Shown here one piece after another: positions 40,343-52,640 of a DNA stretch of 64,000 nucleotides (position 1 is the stretch's first letter; each line of letters opens with the position of its first letter). The stretch covers positions 80,042,001 through 80,106,000 of the forward strand of contig OX597822.1 in assembly GCA_951406725.2 (NCBI GenBank), given 5' to 3'. Position numbers and translations under genes: made by a program. The notes beneath the pieces are model-generated. The model saw nothing but the letters and a program-made list of their open reading frames with translations, was not told where the DNA came from and made no database searches. This stretch comes from Octopus vulgaris. Its lineage: Eukaryota.

Positions 40343-40409
40343 TCACTGGAATCGAACTCGGAATATTGGTGTTAGTAGCCCGCACTCTTAACCATTATGC
40401 CATTTGCCC
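40098..40409 (-). mobile_element. Second copy of the tRNA-head/hammerhead SINE, core decayed
   Basis: Reverse complement gggcaaatggcataatggttaagagtgcgggctactaac...gagttcgattcc...(AAT)n...ctgttaaaggctggagggtatatcagacgaaacgttgtgtt. Confidence 0.85.
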
Positions 40410-40473
40410 ATTTTCTGGTAGAATAGCAGCAACAGTTTAGCCAGTTTCTAGATCTGTCAGGGATACCCTGAAG

Positions 40474-41350
40474 CTAATCCTCGTGGTCATCATCAGAATC
40501 CTTCAGTTCTAATTCTGGGTCTCTGTCGCCGAATTCAGGAGCTGGGTTGTCGCTTATTCTTAGCTTGCGAATGTCTGTGCACCTCAAGTCATTGCTGAGG
40601 CAGGTGTATGCTGGTACTTTGCAGGAACGCACATATTTGCTGGACAAAAGCTGAAGAATAGCATCCGGTGCAGGTGAGTTGTGCATCCAAGCAATGGCGA
40701 GATCACTCACCACATCCAATGTCCAACCACAGTCAATAGGGCTTGGAACAAAGGGTTGGGCCTGTAGACATCTTCTTCAGATGGCTGCTTGGTAGTTTGC
40801 ACCAAGAGAATGCATGAACAGGCAGTTCTCACATGGAGGTAGTTGGCTTGACTCAATTTTTCCATGTCTAACGCAAAACAGCTGGTATCGAAAAGTATTT
40901 ACTTCAGTTGTTGAAGCAGAAGGCATTTACATTTAGAAAGTTATCATCTGTAGCTTTTGAAACAGTTCAGGAGATACAGTCCAAGACCGCCACAGTTCAC
41001 TGAAGGCTTCTCAGGAAGTCTTGTTGGAGTTCAGCTGTTTGAATGTTGTCAGCTTTCCAAGACCAGCAAAGGTTAAGCGTTCTGTGGAGAACTTGGTCAC
41101 TTCCACAGCCTTATGATGCCACCTCCTGAGAAATACGTCAAGGGTAAGCGTGTCTGTGGAGCACTTGATCCTTTCCACAGCCTTGTGAAGGCATGCATGC
41201 CATCCAAAGCATCAAAGATGCCCCTTCTCAGTGCATGACTCATTTTTATAATGTCAACGAAGCGTGTTCTGTTCTTTGTACCGTACGTCTGGTACAGGGA
41301 TCACAGAATTTTGCTACAGAACCCTAGGCACAAAATCAGAACAACAGTAT
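40474..41350 (-). pseudogene. Academ transposase C-terminal part: XPG-like nuclease and Cys-rich zinc finger
   Basis: DTVVLILCLGF, YGTKNRTRFVDI, GMHAFT, FAGLGK, LPPCENCLFMHSLGANYQAAI, PSPIDCGW, WMHNSPAPDAILQLLS..SCK..TCLSNDLRCTD. Confidence 0.8.
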
Positions 41351-41355
41351 CCTAA

Positions 41356-41419
41356 GCAAACACTAGGTAACGGCAAACACTAGGTAACGGCAAACACTAG
41401 GTAACGGCAAACACTAGGT
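41356..41419. repeat. 17-bp tandem repeat (gcaaacactaggtaacg) x3.8
   Basis: Perfect units are visible. Confidence 0.95.
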
Positions 41420-41644
41420 CACTTCCAAAATAAGTAGCAAGACGCTGGACCCTTTCTGAGGGATGTGTTCATTAATTTTTCCCAGTCAACAACGAAAAGA
41501 GAAATCTGGTAACTGTGTCGGTACTTGGTGGCCATGTTTGACTGAGATCGTGTTTCTTTATTTGCTGTCTTAGCTGCGCTGTTGCTTTGGCTAGAGAGTC
41601 ATCAGACAGAATTGTCTTTAATTCTCGCAGCCCCTGATCCAGTC

Positions 41645-42089
41645 TCTTTACTCTTTACTCTTTTTTACTCTTTTTACTTGTTTCAGTCATTTGACTGCGG
41701 CCATGCTGGAGCACCGCCTTTAGTCGAGCAACTGGACCCCGAAACTTATTCTTTGTAAGCCCAGTACTTATTCTATCGGTCTCTTTTGCCGAACCGCTAA
41801 GTGACGGGGACGTAAACACACCAGCATCGGTTGTCAAGAAATGCATCGGTTGTCAAGCAATGCTAGGGGAACAAACACAGACACACAAACATATTCACAC
41901 ACTTATATAAATATATACATATATACGACAGGCTTCTTTCAGTTTCCGTCTACCAAATCCACTCACAAGGCATTGGTCGGCCCGGGGCTATAGCAGAAGA
42001 CACTTGCCCAAGGTGCCACGCAGTGGGACTGAACCCGGAACCATGTGGTTGGTTAGCAAGCTACTTACCAAACAGCCACTCCTGCGCCT
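41645..42089 (-). mobile_element. SINE family B, full length and well preserved (tRNA head, microsatellite spacer, 3' module, AAAAGAGT-type tail)
   Basis: Reverse complement aggcgcaggagtggctgtttggtaagtagc...gggttcagtcccac...ggcaccttgggcaagtg...gactgaaacaagtaaaaagagtaaaaaagagt; many partial copies in the window. Confidence 0.9.
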
Positions 42090-42594
42090 GTGGTGTTTTA
42101 TGACAAAATCATCCATGGAAAGCCTGTCTGGATATACGAGGAGCTTGTTTTGGTCATTCTAATTTCCACTCGACGTGTGAACGATGTCAAATGTGTTGTA
42201 GTCATCACGCACAGAAGTACTTCGGTATGAGTATTGGGGACATTTCAGGAATCTGCAAAAAAAAAAAAAAAAAAAAAAACAGAACAAAGCTACCGAGCTG
42301 AAAGAGCTATTACACTTTTTTCGGTACTCATAGTGACCCTATAAACATTTTAATACCACTTAGGTGTATTAACCCCAGATAGTACCGCTAGCTGACGTGG
42401 CCCATGGACTAAGTAAAAGAGTGCCAAAAAGGTCGGCCTATTTAAACAGTCACGTGATCAAAATGAATTATGTTTTCGTTGGGATTTATATTTTTATATT
42501 TATTACGTCTTCCCTTGCAAAAGTAGAGAGTGGTGTTCTAATTCGCGTAGTACTATCCGAAATTATATTCAGTTAACTTCTCATTCGTGACATT

Positions 42595-42626
<32 letters not shown>

Positions 42627-42634
42627 CTATCTAC

Positions 42635-42667
<33 letters not shown>

Positions 42668-42677
42668 TATATATCGA

Positions 42678-42902
42678 GCCGCGTGGCTTAGTGGTTAGAG
42701 TGTTGTGACCTTGAGCACGATATTTTGACGTTGATCCAGCCCAATCAGCTGGCAGAAATCTGTAACTCAAAGAGCCGGCTTCGCCACATTCTGTGTCACG
42801 CCGAATCTCCCTGAGAAATACGTCAAAGGTAAGCGTGTCTGTGGAGCACTTGATCACTTCTACTTTAATTTCACGAGCAGGCTGTTCTGTTGATCACATC
42901 AA
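42678..42902 (+). mobile_element. tRNA-derived SINE, degenerate
   Basis: gccgcgtggcttagtggttagagtg A-box head followed by an element-like body. Confidence 0.65.
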
Positions 42903-43225
42903 AGCAAAGAAGCAAGTTAGAACATCTGTATAAAAGGCGAAAGTATTAACTATACTGAGAAGTGCTTTTTATCAGGTCATCAAAATGGCTGTTTGATGCT
43001 ACTACCGTTTTTCAACGCAGGAAGAGCCTCATTCAGAGCATTCAGAGCAGCATTCAGAGACTAGTTTCATGTTAATTGCTCTTCATCAGTCTGGAATAAT
43101 TTAACCTTGTTAGATATCGCCGCTAAAATGCTGTTGAAAACTTATAGAATTTCAAGTGAAATACATTCAGTGGTCAACAAAAATAGAAATATATTTTTAA
43201 ATCTCTCAGAGATACAGTAACAGGA

Positions 43226-43296
<71 letters not shown>

Positions 43297-44096
43297 GTTA
43301 TTTATATGCATATATATACGTGTGTGTGAGTGTGTATTTGTATGTATGTTTGAATAAATACATGCATGTTTATTTTTATTACTTCTTTCGGACCTTATAC
43401 GTCTCGATTCAACTGACGTAATGACAGATGAATGCCGCCCCACCTGCAATTTATACCGTCGCATCCACCAATATCACTTCGATATAAAACTTCTATCTCT
43501 TATATTTTCACGTCCCAACCTTGGGGGTCATTCATCCCATCCCGTTTTCTATGAATTCCACCATGCTGCCTTGGGTTGAAAAAACCCCACATAAAGTGGA
43601 TCATGAAACGAACGCATGAAACAATTCAAGATCAAACGTAATGCTTTACAACCCACCCCCACCCACTCGTTCTCTCTCTCCCTCGTACGCACATAGCAGT
43701 TATACCTGTTCGGCGAGTGACATGTCTGAAACGATGTATTCAAACTGCAACATTGATTTCGTTTATATTTATTACTTATAACCACACGGACCCCCCACCA
43801 CGTTGCTATCAATATATATATAGAGATATGTATGTATATGTGTGTGTGTGTGTGTGTCTGTGTGTGTGTATGTGTGTCTAGTAACAGGTTCATATAAACC
43901 ACATAATAGGTGTAAACTTCCTAATAGCATCAAAAGTATGGCGTGGATGTGTGGTTAATAAGCTTGCTTACAGGCCATGTTGTTTTGGGTTCATTCCTAC
44001 AGTATGGTACCTTGGGAAAATATATTCTGCTATGACCATGGGTTGACCAAAGCCCCGTGAGTGCATTTAGTAGACGGAAAGAAAGAAACCCGTTGT

Positions 44097-44160
<64 letters not shown>

Positions 44161-44163
<3 letters not shown>

Positions 44164-44373
44164 AGTTAGTTAGTTATTTAATTTGGCTCAAAAGCAAATA
44201 GCAAGGCCATGTAGGGGGACATGGAGTTAAGTACAGGGTGGTGTTCATATAAAGAGTTCAGGACACTTGAGGTCCAAGGAGGCTTTGAACAAAGCGGTCG
44301 TCGGCATCTTCACCATCTCGTCTGGCAGCTTGTTCCACGGATCCGCAACCCGGACGGAGAAAGCTCCTCTCCT

Positions 44374-44376
<3 letters not shown>
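44161..44376 (-). mobile_element. CR1-group LINE 3' end with (TAAC)n tail, inside (TA)n
   Basis: RRRGAFSVRVADPWNKLPDEMV...FKASLD; gttagttagttagtt at 44161. Confidence 0.8.
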
Positions 44377-44420
<44 letters not shown>

Positions 44421-44606
44421 AAATACAATAAGAGGCTTCCAAATAGGAAAGCGTTGTGCTAGAACACAAAAAGGGCTAAATTCATGAACGAATGAAAATT
44501 AAAAACATTTACCATCTCAACTATATCCCAGACCGACGGTTTCTAACTATCTCCAGCAAAAAAAATATATTTGCCGAAGGCAAGTTTCTTCTGATATATA
44601 TATGTA

Positions 44607-44707
<101 letters not shown>

Positions 44708-45559
44708 GTATATATACATATATATATGTATATATATATATGTGTATGTATGTATGTATATTTATCTGTGTCACTGCGCTTGTGCCATGCTTTTGCCCCT
44801 CCCCCCACCACCACCACAACTTGACAACTAGTGTTGGTTGTTCTTTAGATTTCCGTCCCCCGTAACATTTTGGTCCGGCAGAAAGAGTCCGTAGAATACT
44901 GCCAGGTTAAAAATATATACTTGTATCGACTTGGTTGATTAAACACTTAAAGGCGATTATGGTCGCAGTCCTATGAGTAAAGCAAGTAAACGATACAAGA
45001 TCACGTTTTATTAAAATAAAGCATGCCTTGCGGCAGGAAAATAATTTTCCTTATCATCTTTTTTTCTCCCTAGCATTAAGATGTGCATAACGTTTTGACG
45101 CCGCCTGTTTCGATGTTGACTTAAATTGACTTCAGATTTTTAATACCTCTCTACTTTAAACTCTTTCTCCTTCTCTGGGCTCCGCTCGCATTGTTTATGT
45201 GTGTGAGCGTCTAGTTATACCGGTATGTATATGTAACGCTCTCTCTTCCTTTCTGTATGGGTATATTTCCTGTGAACTCATGCATGCATTTATGAGTTTG
45301 CCTCTAGTACCAAAAATTGCCGTCATCAAAATAAGTTGAATGTTCAGTCAACCCCGCTAAATTGTAAACCCTCAAAAGAGCCGCGCTCAATCCTCTCATT
45401 CTAGTGCAGATTATCCTACTCCCGACTCTCAATCCAATATGACGGTGTACAGCATTTTTCATATCACTCAAACATAATTATCAAAATTTACGTAATTTAG
45501 ATCAAATTTATCAATGTAATTCCTGACAACATTAGGGTCAACCTACACCTGCAACGGAC

Positions 45560-45762
45560 GTAAAAAATGAGTTGTCAACGCGAATTAAAAATAGGAAAGA
45601 AAGAGAGATAGACCGAAAACAACATGGCGCTCAACACTCATAACCGACATGAGGGAGGTCAATATTACGTGACTGGATGTGGAGAAAACCGCAACCAAGT
45701 GTAACCAGTGGCGTCAGCTTGCTGCCCAAAGTGCACGAGAGCGCAGGAAGAACTGAGACTGC
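45560..45762 (+). mobile_element. RTE-type LINE 3' end
   Basis: RKRKRDRPKTTWRSTLITDMREVNIT*LDVEKTA...WRQLAAQ. Confidence 0.65.
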
Positions 45763-46233
45763 ACTACATGTATTGATATAATCAACGAATATTCTTTGTA
45801 ATGCGTTGCCCCAGCATGGCCGCTGTCTGGCGATTGAAACAAATAAAATAATTTATTTTAATTCAATGTTCATAGCCGTCGTCATGAATGAAACAAACGT
45901 CACGATACGTACATACATAGATACATGCATAAACACACGAACACACACGAACAAACAAACACACACACACACACACATACACACATCGGGGTGCAGTCTT
46001 TTTGTCACTCTCGTTTCAAAGAGACGACATTACGTTCCTTCTTCGCTACAGGTCATATTGAATTGATGCAGCAATGAATTGGAGAAAGAAAAACAAGAAA
46101 CGACACATCTTACTTAGTAACAGAAAAATGACTTTTTAATCGCTGCAAATTTATACTTGTACATTAACAAAAGTATTTCCGGGGCTAACACAGACACTCT
46201 CATGATACATATATACATACATATATATTATAG

Positions 46234-46325
<92 letters not shown>

Positions 46326-46346
46326 GTATATATATGTATATATATG

Positions 46347-46402
<56 letters not shown>

Positions 46403-46493
46403 GTATAAGGGTGAAAAGGAACACACGAGTTGATATATATGAAAAAACAAGTCAAAATTAGAAAATGCTAAAATAATTTTACAGTGAACATTT

Positions 46494-46531
46494 CAGTACC
46501 GGTTTCGGTCATTTTGAGACCTTTTCAACTG
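46494..46531 (-). ncRNA. Hammerhead copy in the inverted pLTR
   Basis: Exact reverse complement of 48735-48772. Confidence 0.65.
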
Positions 46532-46789
46532 TAACGATTAAATAATTAAATTTAGAAAAATTAGAAGAAAAGTTTTTTTAAAGGAATATTTCTATAGTAG
46601 TGTTCAGATATAAGTGGCATTCTGCCTTTCTCTGACTCCCTTGTTTGCACTTGTGTGTTCGGGGTCGTTGTGAGTTCTTGGTAGGGTAGAAGAAGAAGAA
46701 GGCTGATGAGGAAAGGGGGGGGGGAATTTGTGAGTGCCCTGATGGTCGTATTTTGAATGGTCAGTGGCGGCTAGCAGTCGCAGTTCAAC

Positions 46790-48011
46790 CGACAAAAACC
46801 GGGGACTGCGATGGGTACACGAATGGCCCCCTCCTTTGCCAACCTAGTCATAGGATATCTAGAGATCAGTCTGTATCGTAAGGTTCTAGAAAGATATGGC
46901 AGCCCTTTCTCCATCTACATAGAAAACAACTGGAAGAGATATCTAGATGACTGTTTCATTCTTTGGCATAAAAATATAGAAAAACTCATAGAATTCCAGG
47001 AAATTTTAAACGGACTGGACGTAAACATCCAATTCACGATGGAATATAGCCAGCAACAACTCCCCTTCCTCGATATCCTCATTAAGAAAGCTAATAATAT
47101 AATAGAAACAGACATATAATTATAAGCCTACAGACTCTAAGCAATATCTTCCATTCAATTCATGCCACCCCAGACACACCAGGATGAATATCCCCTTCAA
47201 TCTAGCAAAAAGGATATGCACTATAGTCTCTAACGCAAACACCAGAGACACACGACTACAAGAACTAAAAGATACCCTTATCACCAGGAACTATCCACCT
47301 TCACTTATTGACAAGTGCATTCAACGTGCCCTTCAACTTAACATCAAGGAACTGAGACATCCCAAATCAAAGAAAAACTTACAACCAAAAGCCTTACCAT
47401 ACATCTCCACACACAACCCTCTCAATAACGAAGCCTTCGGCACCATCCTCCACAACATACCCCTCCTAAAAAAAGACCACGGAATGAACACAATCCTCCA
47501 AACACACACGATCATAAAAAGCAAGAGACAGCCTAAATCCATGAAAAGTCTCCTAACACAAGCCCGAATTCACTCTTCAACACAGAAGCCGACAATAAAA
47601 AAATGTGGAAGACCCAATTGCGGGATATGCGACTATCTAATTGAGGGATCAGAGTTCTCCTTCAAACAGGGACAACGGTTTACAGTGAAAAGCAACTTCA
47701 CATGTGCTTCGGAGAACCTAATATACTCACTAACCTGCTCCGGGTGTCAAGAGCAGTACATAGGCCAAACAAAAAATAGTTTGCGTAAACGAATGGCCCT
47801 GCACAGATCCCAGATAAAAATTCCCCAAAACAGAAAAATAGCTTTTAGCCAACACATAGATACTTGCACCAACAAAAAAACACCAAGCTTCAGGATTTTC
47901 CCCCTCTACCAATTTAGGGACGATACAACCTCGAGACAACGAATAAGTAAAGAAACTCTCTTTATTACAAAATACAGGCCACTTCTTAACGGGTCTACGA
48001 CAAACAATTAA
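46790..48011 (+). pseudogene. PLE polyprotein C-terminal half: RT motifs B-E, thumb, Cys linker, GIY-YIG endonuclease
   Basis: GTAMGTRMAPSFAN, WKRYLDDCF, LPFLDILI, TDI[fs]YKPTDSKQYL..SCHP, CGRPNCGIC, NLIYSLTCSGCQEQYIGQT; single 1-nt frameshift near 47117. Confidence 0.93.
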
Positions 48012-48281
48012 TATACCTCAACTTTAGAATAAAAGAAATATACACACACAAATATTACATTCCAAAGAATCCATTACTAATCAGCCCCAATCACAGCTAT
48101 ACTCCATAACATGCCAACTTCAAGTCATACAAAACCTCACTAATTTCACCCATTCATATTCTCCCTTCTCTGTTTTTTTCTTCTTCTTCTTCTTCTTCTT
48201 CTTCTTCATCATCATTATTATCATCATCATTGTCGTCATCATCATCACCACCATCATCATCATCATCATCTTCTCCTTCTC

Positions 48282-48312
<31 letters not shown>

Positions 48313-48734
48313 TTCTTCTTCTTCTTCTTCTTCATCATCATCATCAACATCGTCATCTTCTTCTTCTTCTTCTACTTCTCCACCTTCTACCCCTTAACTT
48401 TGTCACTAATGTTTTTTAGTATAACACCTACGCAAATTCTATAAACAAGCCTTTCAATAGAAATATTCTCCTGAATTGAACTGCGGCTGCTAGCCGCCAC
48501 TGACCATTCAAAATACGACCATCAGGGCACTCCCAGATTTTCCCACCCCCTTTCCTCATCAGCCTTCTTCTTCTTTTACCCTACCAAGAACTCACAACGA
48601 CCCCGAACACACAAGTGCAAACAAGGGAGTCAGAGAAAGGCAGAATGCCACTTATATCTGAACACTACTATAGAAATATTCCTTTAAAAAAAACTTTTCT
48701 TCTAATTTTTCTAAATTTATTTATTTAATCGTTA

Positions 48735-48772
48735 CAGTTGAAAAGGTCTCAAAATGACCGAAACCGGTACTG
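48735..48772 (+). ncRNA. Minimal type-I hammerhead, U3:A8 core variant
   Basis: cag-TTGAAAA-ggtc(tcaaaat)gacc-GAAA-ccgg-TA^ctg; palindromic ACCGGT stem III. Confidence 0.7.
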
Positions 48773-48821
48773 AAATGTTCACTATAAAATTATTTTAGCA
48801 TTTTCTATTTTTGACTTGTTT

Positions 48822-49210
<389 letters not shown>

Positions 49211-49381
49211 TATTTGTAAATAAATATATACATACTTATATACATACATACATACATAAATATACATGTATATATATATATATATAAATATATATATGGG
49301 TATGTGTGTGCACATACAAGCACACGCATATGTGTGTGTGTGTACATACACTCACACGCATATATATAGAAACATATATAT

Positions 49382-49428
<47 letters not shown>

Positions 49429-51209
49429 TACGTGTTTGTATATATAGGCACACGCATATGTGTGTGTGTATGTGTGTGTACATACGCTCACACGCATATA
49501 TGCATGTTTACACACGTCTATATTCTGTATCACGTTTTTCGCTAAATGCAATACCTCTTATTTTTTCAAAAGTTACTTCAAGGAAAAGGTTGAAAATGAA
49601 TCAAATAAAAAACAAATAAAAGGTGGAGTTAATACATAAATCATTAGCAGCAGATTAAAATTTCATCGTATCTAATTTGCTCATCGTCGGTCGTCGATTA
49701 GGCAGGAAACTGTGAGTAATACGTGTTACTTGCAACATCTGCCAAAACGCAGGAAATCAATTTGTCAATATCGTGGTTACTGTTCACGCAGGATTCCACC
49801 CCACTCAATGACACAGCAAAATCTTCCGTAACAAACAAAGCTGGCATTTTTTTTTCCTTTTCATGGCGGAAAGTACAAATATTTAACAAATCTTTTATGT
49901 TACTAATCGTTAGCATGTCGAACAAAACGCTTAGTGGCACTCCTTCCGATTCTTTACTTTCTCAGTTCAAATCCTGCCGGGGTTAACTGTACCTTCCATC
50001 TGCTTGGAGTCGATGAAATAAAGTACCCATCAAGTACTGTACTCGATGTAGTCGATTGCTGTTTCTTCCTCCCCTCAAAAATGGCTGTTTTTGAACGATT
50101 ACCCGCCATGCAAAAAGGCGTATATATGACTGAATATACAGCCATGTTTTGAAGAAATTCCCCGCCAACTGTTTTAAGTGTAAACCATATTAAATAATGA
50201 AGCTTCTAAATGGACGGGTGGGTCGCAAATTGATGGGTTTATGCAATGTGGGAGCTACGAAACTCATTTCTTTTGTAAGGCGATAATATAATAGTGCTGA
50301 TGGGCACCAGACTTGGCGGTGACTATCTCTCTCTAGCGGTACAAACCCGTATGACAGATGCAAAACTTATGCTTAACCATATTATATAATATAATATGTA
50401 AATCAATCAGTGACATCTCTTCACCGGAAAGCTAATTTATGTTGTTGATGTCATGAGAAACATTTACGTCCATGACAGGTTGTAAACGCCTGAATATTCA
50501 CTGATTCAAATCAAGAGCCTAGATCATGCGTAGCTGGTATATTACGTCATACGTTCATCAAGTGCTACCAGTGCAACTCGTGTGCATTACACGTGCATAA
50601 GAAACCGGAATATTTGTGAGTGTCTCCTCGTCTGATTCGCTGATTTCATATTAAATGTGAACTTAATAAATGCTTATATCGTGATCTAGGTTGGAAGGAT
50701 GATTGAACAAAGCTATTTCCCTCTTTCTTATTCTGTTTGAGATAGGAGCGGAAAATACCCCGAGTACACTAATTACACTGCTATTGTATGTCTTTGCGAA
50801 GAACAATTTGGAAATTCCTTTGCTAGTGACTCTCAGGTTTTCCAAGCATAAATGGATGAGAGTGATGGTGACTGGAATGTTTTAAACTATACATACTGCC
50901 TTCATACATACATATAGATATGTATACATACATATATATGTGTATGTGTGTATGTGAGAAAGAGAGAGAATTGTGTATGTGCGAGTGTGTATGTGTGTCT
51001 GTATAGGCGCAGGTGTGGGTGTCTGGTTAAAAGCTTGTCTTACAATCACATGGTTCCGAGTTCTGTCCCACTACATGGAATCCTGGGCAAAAGTCTTCCA
51101 CGGTAGCCTCAGGCCAATCACACCGTTGTGAGTGGATTTGGTAGACTGGAACTGAAAGAAGCCGTCGTATATATATCTATATATATATATTCTTTTACTC
51201 TTTTACTTT

Positions 51210-52640
51210 AACCGAACTTCTCCCCCACCTTTATAGTCTTTCTTTCTCCGGAGAATTTTATAAACATGTCAGTGGGGTCGCTAGAGGAACTAGGATTCAA
51301 ATCTCATTTTAGACTTCATTGAAGAACAAATCGTCCCTTAATTCACCGGGAACATTTTTCATATCTATACCGTCCTTATATTGACGACTATGTCGATGCC
51401 ACCACCTCACCAGCAACAGTCCGATAGCTTTATCTCTTTCGATACCTCTTTTTACTCTGCTTTGGAATATATCTCCACCGTATCTGATACCTTTGTTCGT
51501 TTTCTCGATGTCTCCATCATTACAAACAATCTCTCCATATCTATCTGTCCACCACAAACTTCCTGGCTCCATCTCCTATAGCCACACCTCAGCTTATCAC
51601 TTCAAATACATAAAGTCTGCCATACCATGTTCTCAATTTCTTCGCCTTCACTGGATCTACAACATTGATTTACTTTAAAAATTCCAACGTGAAAAAATAC
51701 AGTGAACCCGCGATCACTTGCCGACCTGGCACTCTACCGGCTCACCGCTTTCCTACCCTCTTCATGTATACCTACGTACTACAATCCACTCTCTATCATC
51801 TTACATCTGTTCTTTCATTGAAACATAAACCCATTCGTAACTTCCGTTCACTCCAGTCTTTCTCGACCACCTCTAATCGCTTTCATAAAAGAAACTAGAA
51901 GTTCTAAGTAAAAAGCTTCACATTAGCTATCCCACGCAACCTGGCATTTTTTAATGTGGTACTTGCTCCTACATAACAAAACTACAACCATTACCACTAC
52001 CAAGTCACAATATCACATTACCAAGAACTTCTGGTGGACATCGTCTGACATAATATATTGCATCACGTGCAAACTTTGCGTATTATACTATATATATCAC
52101 ATGTGAAATTTCTTGATTTTGGGAAAACAGACCGATGCCTTACCGATCGCTTTCGGGACCTCATTCGAAGCGTTCCACAGCGTATTTCAGGCCAAGCTGT
52201 CGCCACCTAGATAGTGTAAGCCTTTCCATCACTCATTTATCAGTGTGTGACACCGTCGCACACCAAAGATTCACACTTTGAAAGAAACGGAGGGAACAAC
52301 GTTTCATATTCAGACTGGATACTTTATCACCGACATTTTTAATTGGATGTCTTTCCTGCTTTTCCTACATCTACTCTTAGTTAATTAAATCCTTCAACTT
52401 ACGTCTCACCTAATGTATTCTCTTCAGCTCACTGTCGCCTTCATCCACTTCTCATTCTATCCCTCTTTCCTCCTACTTCTCTTACGCTGCTTCACTCTCC
52501 TACCACTTCCTGATCACATATGAAACTGCCATGGCCCAGCCTTCCTTATTAATTGCTACAGAATGTCTCTGTCTAATTTCCTTCCTGTCAACTTTTCTAT
52601 GAAGAAGGACTTTATTCGAAACGTTTTTCACTCCCTACGA
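51210..52640 (+). mobile_element. Old degenerate Penelope-like element
   Basis: SFSGEFYKHVSGVARGT, YIDD, RFLDVSI, SAIPCSQFLRL, SSDIIYCITCKLC, GKTDRCLTDRF; decayed hammerhead tgaagaagg...tcgaaacgt at ~52600-52625. Confidence 0.8.

Larger units (their letters stand above)
39347..42411 (-). mobile_element. Internally deleted Academ (AcademX-type) DNA transposon with nested insertions
   Basis: Ends tagtccttgagcc / ggcccatggacta (imperfect TIR); 3-bp TSD agt at 39344-39346 and 42412-42414; XPG-like and Cys-rich coding relics inside. Confidence 0.75.

Noticed and set aside
41356-41419. CRISPR-like array
   Set aside because: Direct tandem units with no spacers, in a eukaryotic context with no cas genes.
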